The notes under the pieces were generated by a model. It did not search any database and was not told the DNA's origin. It worked only from the letters and a program-made list of their open reading frames with translations. This document shows, piece after piece, positions 53,098 to 64,000 of a stretch of 64,000 nt of DNA; position 1 is the stretch's first letter, and each line of letters opens with the position of its first letter. The stretch is from Mobula hypostoma (lineage: Eukaryota): assembly GCF_963921235.1 (NCBI RefSeq), contig NC_086097.1:103604001-103668000 (forward strand), in the 5' to 3' direction. A program made the position numbers and the translations under genes.

Positions 53098-53633
53098 GTA
53101 CCTCTTCCTAGAGATGCTGCCTGGCCTGCTGTGTTCACCAGCAACTTTGATGTGTGTTGCTGGCCTATAATTCCTTTGTTTTTTGCCTTCCTCCCTTTTT
53201 AAAGAGTGAAGTGACATCTGCAATTTTTCAGTCCCCCGGGACCATGCCAGAGTCAAGTGATTCTTGAAAAATCACGACCAATGCATCTGTTATCAGCAAC
53301 CTCTCTCAGGACTCCAGGATGTAGTCCATTTGGTCCAGGTGATTTATCCACCTCAAGAACTTTGAGTTTACCTAGCAATTTTTCCTTTGTAATAGCAATG
53401 GCACACACTCTTGCTCTCTGATACTCTGGGACCTCTGGCACACTGCAAGTGTCTTCTACAGTGAAGACTGATGCAAAGTACTCATTAAGTTCATCTGACA
53501 TTTCTTTGACCCCATTACTGCCTCTCCAGCATCATTTTCCAGTGGTCCAATATCAACTCCCTTCTACTCTTTATATAACTGAAAAAACTTTTAGTATCCT
53601 GCTTTATATTATTGGCTAGTTTGCCCTCATATT

Positions 53634-53848
53634 TCAAAGTTGCTGGTTAACGCAGCAGGCCAAGCAGCATCTATAGGAAGAGGCGCAGTCGACGTTTCAG
53701 GCCGAGACCCTTCGTCCTGACGAAGGGTCTCGGCCTGAAACGTCGACTGCGCCTCTTCTTATAGATGCTGCTTGGCCTGCTGCGTTCACCAGCAACTTTG
53801 ATGTATGTTGCTTGAATTTCCAGCATCTGCAGAATTCCTGTTGTTTGC
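53634..53848. mobile_element. Palindromic Penelope-derived mini-insertion with an intact hammerhead core (53714-53747, + strand)
   Basis: 83-bp arms at 53634-53716 and 53719-53801 with a 2-nt spacer. Direct repeat GTTTGCCCTCATATTT at 53619-53634 and 53843-53858. Confidence 0.92.
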
Positions 53849-56299
53849 CCTCATATTTGATCTTTTCCCTTCTTATAGCTTTTTCAGTTGCCTTTTGTTG
53901 GATTTTAAAAGCTTCACAATTATCCAACTTCTCACTTACTTTTGCTACCTTATATGCCCTTTCCTTGGCTTTTATGCAGTCCTTAATTTCCCTTGTCAAC
54001 CATGGTTGCCTACCCTTGCCATTTGAGAACAACTTTTTCTGTGGGACATAGCTATCCTGTGCCTTGTGGACTATTCTCAGGAACTTTAGCCATCTCTGCT
54101 CTGTCATCATCCCCATCAGCATTCTCCTCCAATCCACCTGGGGAAGCACCTCTCTCATCCCTTTATTACACTGTGATATTGATACATGTGAGTTATATTT
54201 CTCCCTCTCGAATTGCTGTATGAATCCAATCATATTATGATTACCTCTGCCATAGTCATGAACTTTCAAGAATCTCTAGATTCTGAAATGTTTCCAGAGA
54301 CTGGAAAAGCGGAAATGTCACTCTACTCTTCAAGAAGAGAGGGAGGAAGGAGAAAGGAAACTATAGGCCTGTTAGCCTGATGTCAGTGGTTAGGAAGATG
54401 TGAGTCAATTGTTAAGGATATGGTTTCCCGGTACTTGGAGGCATATGATAAAATAGGCCAAATTCAGCATGATTTAAGGGAAAGTCTTGCCTGATAAATC
54501 TGTTAGTATTTATTTTGGAGAGGACTAAAATATAAAAGCAAAGATGTAATGTTGAGGCTTTATAAGGCACTGGAGAAGCCTCACTTAGAGTACTGCAAGC
54601 AGTTTCAGGCCCCTTATTTAAGAAAGGATGTGATGACGTTGGAGAGGATTCCAAAGAGGTTCACAGCAATTATTCCGGAATGAAAGGCTCATCAAATGAG
54701 GAGTGATTGATCGCTCTGGGCCTTTACGCGCTGGAATTTAGAAGAATGAGGAGAGAATTTCAATGAAAACTATTGAATGTTGAAAGGCCTAGGTAGAGTG
54801 GATATGGAAAGGATGTTTCCCATGGTTGAGGAGTCTAGGACCAGAGAGCACAGACTTAGAATAGAGGGACATCCACTTAAAACAGGGATGAGGAGGAATT
54901 TTTTTAACCAGAGAGTGGTGAATCTGTGTAATCCATTACCACAGGTAGCTGTGGAGGCCAGGTCATTCATTGGGTGGATTTAAGGTGGAGGTTGATAGCT
55001 TCTTGATTAGTCAGTTTACAGGGAGAAGGTAGGAGCCTGGGTCTGCTCTTATGTCTTATGAAAAAGGGCCAGTATCACGTGAAGAATCCCACTCACCCTG
55101 TCATGGACTGTTTGTCCCACTTCCTTCAGGGAGGAGGCTACGCAGCATTCATGCTAGGAACACCCAACTCAAAAACAGTTATTTTTCCAAAGCAGTAAGG
55201 CTGATTTACACCTCACTTACAAGCCTACCTCACTCCACACCCCCAACCACCACTACTTTATTAATTCCTGTCAATCACCTTATGCACAGACACTCCTGTG
55301 CCAAGATTGCTTTATGGACATACAATCAATCTATATAAATAGCTATCTTATGTATTTACATTTATTGTTCTATTGTTACTATTCTGTTCTTTATCTTTTG
55401 TGGTGCTGCATTGGATCCGGAGTGACAATTATTTCATTCTCCTTTACATGTGTGTACAGGAAATGACAATAAACAATCTTGAATCTTGAGCATCTCCACC
55501 TCAGCACCATTGATATAGACAGGATACCCCACCCTACTTTCTGAAGTCAATGAGCAGTTCTTTTGTTTTGTTGACATTGAGGGAAAGATCGTTGCCATGA
55601 TACCATGTCACTAGTCTCTTCATCTCCTTCCTGTACTCCGACTCATTGTTATTTGAGATACGGCCCACTACAGTGGTATCATCTGCAAACTTGTACTGTA
55701 GTTACAGCAGAAACTGGCCACACCCTCTCAGGTATACAGGGAGTAAAGTAGGGGCTGAGGACTCAGCCTTGTGTGAAAACAGTGTATAGGATAATCATGG
55801 TGATGGTGTTACTAACTGCAGTCTGTGGTCAAGAAATCAAGGATCCAGCTGCGGAGGAAGGTGCTGAGTCCCAGGTCTAGAAAGTCGTAATTATATTATA
55901 CAAGTCAGAGCCAAAGTCAATAATTAGAAGTCTGGCATCGGTGTCTTTGTTAACCAGGTTGTCTAGAGATGAATGTAGCACCATGGTCCTGCTTCAGCAG
56001 TATTTCAGTGGGTTGAGGTTGGTGGATCAGGGGAGGTGGTATAAACAGATACAATAACAATAATTAAACAGGTACATGAAAATTTACATGGAGAGATATG
56101 TGCAGTTTAAACTGTAAACAGTCACCACAGATGTAGTGGATCTGTTCTTGTGCTGTACTGTTCAATGTTTGTTCTTCACAAGTCAATATACGAGCAAAAC
56201 TATTTTACTGAGAAGAATTCATGAAAAGCGTGTACATATTTAGAATATCTAGCCACATAAATAGAAGTAATACCTTTTAGAAAAGAACACAATACTCAC

Positions 56300-56491
56300 T
56301 TGCAATCATGATCGTTTTAGAATTCCCTCCAAGGCTGTCCTTGAGAAGCCAGGTGAGGACAGAATCTCGGTAAGGAACATAACACTGGCGCCTGCTGCTC
56401 CCCGAGGATGCACTGGAATGGCTCCCACTGTCTCCTTCACTCATTACAGTATTTATACTCTGAAAGCTACTGGATATCTGGGAATTTTGTG
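56300..56491 (-). CDS. STARD9: STARD9 coding exon (A)QNSQISS...[27 protein letters not shown]
   Basis: Acceptor tgtgcAG, donor GTgagt, 192 nt, phase 1/1. Kinesin [19 protein letters not shown] motif with the STARD9-type Ser-rich loop-12 insert. Confidence 0.96.
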
Positions 56492-56599
56492 CTGCACAAT
56501 TCAAAGCAAAATACATCACAGAATACTTAAATAGGATTCAGTCACATTGCCTTATTCAATAAAGAACATGTTACATCAGAACATTCTAGTTAATATCTA

Positions 56600-58950
56600 A
56601 TAAGTTGGAGTTGTTAAAAAGTGAGATAGTAAGAAGTAAGAGTCAGAATGTCCCTGAATTGTAAGAGACAAAGATGACAAGCTTTGGGAAACCTGGTTCA
56701 CAAAGGACACTGAAGGTTTAATCAGGGAAAAGAAAGCAGTGTTAGAAATAATGGAGTTCACTAAGGTGGATAAATTCCCAGGACCAGACAGTATCTACCT
56801 CAGGATACTAAGAGGTGTAAGACAGGAGACTGCTGGGCTCTGATGGAGATTTCTGGATCTTGTTAGCCGCAGGTGAAATACCAGAATCTGAAGGATAGCT
56901 ATGTTATACCCTTGTCCAAAAACAGCAGTACAGATATACTTCAAGACCATAGGCTAGTGAGCCTTACGTCAATGGTAGGGAAATTATATGAGAAGATGTT
57001 AAAGGATAAGATTTAGGTTCATTTCAAAAGCAGGGGCTGATTAAGAGTCAGCATGGTTTAGTACTGGAAGGATTATGTCTCACAAATCTGATTTAGTTTT
57101 TGTAGAGGAAGTAACCAAAGAGAATGATGAAGGCTGGAAGGTAGACAGTGCACTTTACTAAGGCTTCTGACGAAGTCTTGCATGGTCGGCTGGTCAGAAG
57201 TTAGGATACAAAGGAACAAAGGTGTACTGGATCCAAAATTAGCTGCAAGATAGAAGGCAGGTAGATGGGTGTTTTTCCTAAATGGAATCCTTTAACAACT
57301 GGTGTTATGCGACAATCAGTGCTGGGAGCTGTAATATATATATAAATGGCTTCTGCCCCTTCTTTTCCAGCCCCATGAAGGGTCTTGGCCCACAACATTG
57401 ACTGTTCATTGCCTTTTATTGATGCTGCCTGAGTTGCAGAGTTCCTCCAGCATTTTGTGTGTGTTGCTCAAGATTTCCAGCATCTGAAGAATCCCTTTTG
57501 TGTATGTATATAAATGACTTAGGCCAGAATGTAGGGAATATGCAGATGACATGAAAATTGATAGAGCTGTAGAATGTTACCCAAGGATACGGTGAGGCCA
57601 AATTTGGAGTATTGTGTGCAGTTTTGGTCACCAAATTACAGGAAGGATGTTAATAAGGTTGAAAGAGTGCAGAGAAGGTTTACAAGGATGTTGCCGGGAC
57701 TTGAGAAACTCAGTTACAGAGAAAGGTTGAATAGGTTAGGACTTTATTCCCTGGAGCGTAGAAGAATGAGGGGAGATTTGATAGAGGTATATAAAAATAT
57801 GAGGGGTATAGATAGAGTGAATGCAAGCAGGCTTTTTCCACTGAGGCGAGGGGAGAAAAAAGCCAGAGGACATGGGTTAAGTGTGAAGTGGGAAAAGTTT
57901 AAAGGGAACATTAGAGGGGGGCTTCTTCACACAGAGGGTGGTGGGGGTATGGAATAAGCTGCCAGATGAGGTGGTAAATGCGGGCTCACTTTTAACATTT
58001 AAGAAAAACTTGGATCGGTACTTGGAGAGGTGTATGGAGGGATATGGTCCAGGTGCAGGTCAGTGGGACTAGGCAGAAAAACGGTTCGGCACAGCCAAGA
58101 AGGGCCAAAAGGCCTGTTTCTGTGCTGTAATGTTCTATGGTTCTATGGTCTGTGATACAGATAGAGCAGCGTGGAAATTGAGTGGGGCAGTAGCAGCTGG
58201 AATTTAATCCTGACAAGTATGAGATATGGTTAAAGCACAGAGGATCTGAGGTGAACTGGATCCAAAGTTCTGGTGCACTGAACGGAGTAAATAGCAGGGA
58301 CTTTAGGAGCTCTGATGTACAGAGAAACCATGGGGTGGAAACTGCGCAACTTTGAAAGTGGTGACATGTAGGGTAGTGAAAAAGGCATTTGGTAGGTCTG
58401 TATTTACAACCCGAGGGATTTGAGTTTAAGAGTTTGGATGCCTAGTTGTAGTTATACAAAAATTGGTTAGATTGGACGTACTGTGTACATGACAGGAAAG
58501 ATAAGGTAGCAATAGAGAGTGAAGAAAAGATTTACCAGGATGTTGCCTAGAATGAAGGGCTGTAATTGTAAGGAGAAATCAGTTAATCTGGAGACAGAGC
58601 AGTGACCTTGTAGAGGCTATAAAATTAGGAAGGGTTCTATACAATAGACAGCCAGTGTCTATTTCCCCAGAGCAAAAGCGCCTACAACTAAAAGGTACGG
58701 TTTAAAGTGAGAGGGGAGAAACTTAAAAGAGTTCTGACAAGTATTTCACAAAGGTGGTAATGAATATTTGGAACAACCTGCTAGATGAGGTAACAACCAC
58801 AGTTACAATTATAATAATTAAAAAGCATACACTTAGATAGGAAAGGCATGATTCAGCTAAATGGGATTAGCGCAGATCAACATCAAGGTCATTATGGACA
58901 AGATGGGATGCACAGGCCTGGCTTCTGTGTCGTAAACTTCTGTGGTTCTA
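56600..58950 (+). mobile_element. Old CR1 LINE containing a young CR1 3' end (57590-58148) and a PLE pLTR fragment
   Basis: Decayed RT; the nested ORF 57574..57957 is almost identical to the 23043 and 28281 copies. Confidence 0.8.
57353..57506 (+). mobile_element. Penelope pLTR fragment of a related family
   Basis: Degenerate hammerhead cagccccatgaagggtcttggcccacaacattgact and tail gtgtgttgctcaagatttccagcatctg. 14-bp TSD TATATAAATG(G/A)CTT at 57339-57352 and 57507-57520. Confidence 0.7.
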
Positions 58951-58959
58951 TGAAATTTT

Positions 58960-59970
58960 AATAGTGTTTTCCTGCTTATATGTGGATAGACTCAGGCTAG
59001 GCACAGCTCCAATGTTATATTTAAGCTTGCTGACAACCACTTTCATTGGTCAAATCAAAGGCGGTGACATATCAGCTTATAGGAGGGAAATCGAAAATCT
59101 CGCTGAATGGTGCCACAACAATAACCTCTCACTCAATGTCAACAAGATATGGGAGCTGATTATTGACTTCAGGAGGAGCAACTGAAGTCTATGAGCCAGT
59201 CTTTACTGGGGGATCAGAGGTAGAGAGGGTCAACAACTTTAAATTCCTCGGTGTTATCCTGGGTCCAGTACGTAAGTGCTATTACAAAGAAAGCAAGGCA
59301 CTGTCCCAACTTTATTAGAAGCTTGTGAAGATCTGGCATGTCATCTAAAACTTTAACTAATTTCCAAAGATTTGTGTTAGAGAGTACATCGACTGGTTGA
59401 ATCACAATCTGGTATGAAAACATTAATGGCCTTGAATGGAAAATCCTACAAAAAGTAGTAGATACAGCCCAGTCCATCACAGGTAAAGCCCTCCCCAAAT
59501 TAAACACATCTACATGGACTGTTGCTACAGGAAAGCAGTATCCATCATCAAGGACCTCCACCACCCAGGTCATGCTCTCTTCTTGCTGCTGCCATCAGGA
59601 AGGAGATACAGGAATCTCAGGACCTACACCACCAGGTTCAGGAGCAGTTATTAGCTCTCAACCATCAGATGAAACCAGAGGGGATAACCACTTAATCTCA
59701 CCCGTCCCATCACTGAACAGTTCCCACACCAATGGAGTTACATTTAAGCCCTTTCATCGCATGTTCTCAGTATTTATTGCTTATTTTTTATTATTATTTT
59801 CCTTTTGTATTTACACAGTTTGTTGTCTTTTGCATATTTGTTGTTCGTCAATTTCAATGGATGCAGTCTTTCATTGCTTCTACAAGTCCCACAAGACAAT
59901 GAATCTCAGGGTTGCATATGGTGAAAAATACATACTTGGATATTAAATCTACTTTGAATTTGACTTTGAT
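58960..59970 (+). mobile_element. Rex1/Babar LINE 3' portion
   Basis: SAYRREIENLAEWCHNNNLSLNVNKIWELIIDFRR; tail actttgaatttgactttga ending about 35 nt from the exon donor. Confidence 0.85.
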
Positions 59971-60006
59971 ATATGACAGTATTGCAGATTTGCTGCAACA
60001 TCTTAC

Positions 60007-60104
60007 CTAAAGTGGAGATGACAATTCCCAGAGTGACCAGTGATTTGTTAATGTTTGATCCTTCTGTGATCCTGTCCTTGGAGTAATTCGGATCTGCTCT
60101 TTCA
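60007..60104 (-). CDS. STARD9: STARD9 coding exon (S)ERADPNYSKDRITEGSNINKSLVTLGIVISTL
   Basis: Acceptor ttcttacAG, donor GTaaga, 98 nt, phase 2 to 1. Nearly identical to recalled STARD9 SERADPSYCKDRIAEGANINKSLVTLGIVISTL, which favours STARD9 over KIF16B. Confidence 0.96.
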
Positions 60105-60890
60105 CTGTAAGAAACCAATTAAATTGGAAAAACGAGGATGTTCTTTTGTTACACGTAACTGGATGGTTCCTCAATACATTCAAGTTGCTTCTTTGCCAGC
60201 AGAGGGCAGAATTCCATACTTTATTATTAAGATTTTCATCATGACTACATCAAAACTTTAGATCAAAAAATGACAGATTCCATTTTTGATTCATTTGTGA
60301 AGATGATCCATGTACACATGTTGTATTCACTGGAATTTATCAGTCTTAAAGTTACAAAACTTATAATTTCTCAACTAACTTTATCATTTGTCTACAAGAG
60401 GTACAAGTCCATGACTTCTGTATCACAGAGATATTTCATCAAGACTCTTATTACATGGAAAATGGTCATGGTTCATTGGTTCAGTTTATCAACCAAACTA
60501 AAAATTTCTTTTACATGTGACATTGATCTATATTTGCCCATGTTGCAATATATCACTAGGCAATGGTTCTGAAAGGGAAACGTCTCGTTTCTGTTGTACA
60601 CACAACATCAAGGAAGGGGCAAAACGATTTAAAATTATAAATAGTTAGAATTCTAAATATTGACGGCAAGGTTCAGTTAACAAGTACAAGTTTTTCTGTT
60701 ACCTCGGGGATCACGTGAAATGTTATTTAAGACCATAAGACTAGGAGCAGATTTAGTCCATTCGGCCCATCGAATCTGCTCTGCCATTCCATCAAGATTC
60801 TCTCTCACAACCCCGTTCTCCTACCTTCTCCCTTAACCTTTGACACCCTTACTATCAACCTCTGCTTTATATGTGCCCAATGACTTAGCC

Positions 60891-61435
60891 CATTGGTCTC
60901 CAACCACCAGGCCGTGGACCGGTACCAGGCCGCAAAGCATGTGCTACCGGGTCGCGAGGAAATGATATGATTTGGCAATATGAAATGATATGAGTCAGCT
61001 GTACCTTTCCTCATTCCCTGTCACGCCCACTATTGGAACTTGAACGCACGTGAGGTCATTACATAAGGAACCCCCTTTGAGTATCGCTGTCTCCCATCAC
61101 CCCTCGATGGGACTGTCTTGTTGCAGGGACACAAGTCCAGGGCTCCCACTGGTTCAGCCATATTTGTGTGCTGCAATGATTTTATATGTTCATACGGGGA
61201 AAATAAGCACTGTGTGTTTAATATCCAAACATTACTTAAAATGTTATGATGCTATTGACTTATATAAGTGACTTATAATTGACTTATCACTATATTCATG
61301 CGAGGAAAATATGCGCTGTGTGTTTAGTATTAAATTCATTAGATAATCCCTTTTAGAAACGAAATTAAGTGTATTAGCCACTTATAAGTGACTTATAGTT
61401 GACTTATCACCTACATTCCGGTCACGATTAACACC
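60891..61435 (+). mobile_element. Non-autonomous hAT-Charlie (MER1/Charlie3-like) fragment nested in a minus-strand CR1 (60730-61720)
   Basis: TIR-like CATTGGTCTCCAACC...ggccgtggaccggtacc; transposase C-terminus-like VSLSPITPRWDCLVAGTQVQGSH at ~61081-61149; right TIR not seen. Confidence 0.68.
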
Positions 61436-61890
61436 CCCATTAACTCCATTAAGTACAGGCCCACAGCCATCAAACACTCCTCATATGTTAACTCTTACAT
61501 TCCCACGACCATTCTCGCGAACTTCCACTGGACCCTCTCCAATACGAGCACTTTCTTAGATAAGGCTCTAAAGCTGCTCACAATACTCTGTGCAGCCTGA
61601 CCAACGCCTTTTAAAACGTCAGCATTACATCCTTGCTTCTAGTCCTCTCAAAATGAATGCTAACATTATATTTACCTTCCTTACCACTGACTCAACCTTT
61701 ATGTTAACCATTAGGGATTTTCAGTGTTTACCTTCCTCCTCCCAAGTATGCAGGTACAGGCATGGGCCTAAAATCATGTACTCTTCCTTTCCCCTTCACA
61801 TTCCTACCTTAATCGTTGTGTTCTCAGGTATAGCTGTGGCACACAAATATATTAGTAAAGTTTTATGAAATGAAGTTTCCAAATACTTAC

Positions 61891-61958
61891 CTCCCTGCCA
61901 AGTCAACAAGGTTGATTTTGCTTACTATCTCTGATGGGAGATTATTCTCCAGTATTGC
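61891..61958 (-). CDS. STARD9: STARD9 coding exon AILENNLPSEIVSKINLVDLAG(S) (switch II)
   Basis: Acceptor ctgttctttAG, donor GTaagt, 68 nt, phase 0 to 2. Kinesin switch-II DLAGSE is completed across the next junction. Confidence 0.96.
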
Positions 61959-62434
61959 CTAAAGAACAGAAAGGTAAATCTTAACTGAATATTTAGCCAT
62001 AAGGTAAGAAATCTCATTTTGCAATTTCTCATTGTATTTTAATTTTCTTTTTCTTAGTTGTATTGCCATAAGTTAGGCAAAAAAATCCTTGGTCCAGAAA
62101 ATTCACATGAAAAGTAGCTTTGAAACTATTCATCATTTAAACAGACGTCAATTGATTGTAACAGAAATGATTTTACCCATCTTCATTCTACATTCGGCAA
62201 TATTTTAAATTAATATAATTTGTCATAAAAGCTCAAACTGACCTAGGAGATGGATTCAGGTTCATCCAGCCTGTTGTGTGAAAATGTGCTACCTGAAAAT
62301 GTCAGCTCTAATTCGATAGCACTCCCCAAAGTAGGGAATTAATTAACTTAATGAATAGTTCTATTTCAAACACATAGTCACTCTCTGCAAAGTGGAAGAT
62401 GAATTGCACTGAAAACTTGTTGCTAGGTTATCAA

Positions 62435-63097
62435 GTTCAGTTCAGGTTTAACTGAACTGATTCAACCATACATGAACAGTCAGACACAGCACAAGGTACA
62501 TACAGCACATATAATATTGCAGTAAACATATAGTTTCACAAAAACTATATCCCTGAGTCCATGGATGTTGTGGGCAAGAACAAACTCGCGACAGTCTGCA
62601 CACAAATGTAATCCAGCTTGTCTTCCACCAAGCAAACACTGGATGCCAGCACGGATGCTGGGCGACACCGTCAGCAGTGTCTCCTGTACAGCTGTAAAAT
62701 AAAACACCCTGGCACGAGGCCTAGTCCTTGCTATAACCTGGGACATGCTGCTCCCCAACCATCAGCCCCACCAGTAAACCAGTGAACCGGACTTGCAGCA
62801 TTTCACGTTACCAATGTCCAACAGGGTCTCGCAATCACAAGAAAAGCAACTTGGACAATTACTTGCTGTTAGACTGCAGACCACCTTTGCGCACCGATTC
62901 CGATGCCTCTCTATAGCGAGCACCAACAAAGTCCGCAACAAGTATAGCTCCTCCACTAACCAGCAATTCGCTAATGGGGTAGACCTGCACTATTTAAAGT
63001 TCTTAATGTCCAGCAGTGTCTTGCGATCATAAAGAGAACATTAACACCTTTAGTTGGCCCCATAGAGGCCACTGCGTCTGAGCGCGCCACCATCTTA
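62435..63097 (-). mobile_element. Non-autonomous Rex1-like element
   Basis: Head aagatggtggcgcgctcagacg, no RT, 3' tail with repeated ctgaac/ttgaa units. Confidence 0.45.
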
Positions 63098-64000
63098 CCA
63101 TAAATTCACCATTCACCAAATCATTCAATTATTTTTAAAGAATATTAAAACAATTCATAACATTGCAACACTGATGCAAGCCAGTAAAGTCCACAGCTCT
63201 GAAGTGAAATGGATCTAAAAATCTGGTACACTTGAGCTTCCTCCCTCTATCTAAATTTGTCAGTGTAACCTGCTTTTCCCTTCTCCTCATACATTGGTCC
63301 AACTCTTTACATGCACAAGTGTTCAGCACAATCACTCCCTGTGGCAACAAGGTCCACATTCTCATCATTCTTTGGGAAAGAACTTTCTTCTGAATTCTCA
63401 AAATGGAATCCTTGCTGACTACTGTACAATGAAATATGCTCTCTATTAACCATATCAAAACTTTTCAATCTTTTAAATATTTTGTTATTTCTCCAACCTC
63501 TGTTTCTCAACAGAAGAGTCAGATCTTCTCATCTTTTTCCAATGTGTATAATCCTTGCAATTATAGCACAACGTTGTATGTGTTCTCTGCACTCATACTG
63601 AATTTTTGTAACCTGCAAACAAGAGGTATAGGCAGTACTTCAGGTGTTATCTAACAAAAATTCAACAGGTTTAACATAACCTCCCTGCTTTTCGACTCTA
63701 TTGCTTTATGTTCAGATTCCCCTGCCTGGAGAATATTGATCAATAATCTAATTGGCGAATTGCGAAAATTGACAGGTATGGTTATAATATGGTTGGATTA
63801 ATGGGCAAAGAACCAGATCCTTGGGCTATTGCTCACATCTCACAATAACAAATTTAAATGGTAAATTTAAATGCAACCAGTGAAATTAATCTGAAATAAA
63901 ACAGTTAGCCTTGGTAATGGTAACCAGAAGACTAACAGATTGTCAATCTAGCAGTGTTCATTCTTCCCTAGATCCAAAAACTACAACATTAAAGTCCATA

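Larger units (their letters stand above)
52648..53160. mobile_element. Inverted pair of Penelope pLTRs (220-bp arms)
   Basis: Arms 52682-52901 and 52941-53160 with a 39-nt spacer; one hammerhead motif per arm. Inserted in CR1 sequence ggctaac|tggcc with no clear TSD. Confidence 0.93.
50210..55490 (+). mobile_element. Rex1/Babar LINE interrupted by a CR1(+) (~50715-55050), itself interrupted by a CR1(-) (~51390-54255)
   Basis: Rex1 peptide LNVNKTKEMVIDFR...ETVSSFKLL resumes at ~55060 with HGLFVPLPSGRRLRSI...KNSYFSKAVRL; CR1 EN and RT pieces lie between. Confidence 0.78.

Noticed and set aside
52646..53256. Repeated ORFs such as MLVNAAGQAASLGRG... and ...DEGSRPETST...
   Set aside because: Incidental translations of the pLTR on both strands; starts are non-ATG or arbitrary and there is no domain evidence.
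56277..61958. Calling the kinesin KIF16B or KIF14
   Set aside because: AILENNLPSE, ERADP.Y.KDRI.EG, LGIVISTLAQNSQ and the Ser-rich insert fit STARD9 as recalled; a reciprocal BLAST would confirm.
61960..64000. Further upstream STARD9 exon (switch I, SSRSH)
   Set aside because: No such coding motif with splice sites was seen; presumably outside the window.

Overview
Eukaryotic, repeat-saturated genomic DNA, probably from a cartilaginous fish (inferred from the CR1/Rex1/Penelope/V-SINE/DeuSINE mix; not provable here). One host gene crosses the whole window on the minus strand: eight GT-AG coding exons (68, 98, 192, 98, 78, 81, 180 and 52 nt, phases all consistent) of the kinesin-3 gene STARD9/KIF16A, covering the end of the motor domain, the neck coil and the start of the FHA domain. 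Most of the rest is intronic transposon sequence, often nested 2-4 deep: a full-length L1 with a 15-bp TSD, many CR1 and Rex1/Babar LINEs, Tc1 elements, a Gypsy LTR element, a hAT-Charlie/MER1-like fragment and SINEs. The most interesting signal is a Penelope-like (PLE) family whose terminal repeat carries a minimal hammerhead ribozyme motif. This family repeatedly appears as short fold-back palindromes (83-220-bp arms), two of them centred inside the ribozyme, and five PLE-derived insertions have 12-16-bp target-site duplications. TE boundaries are approximate unless a TSD is given.
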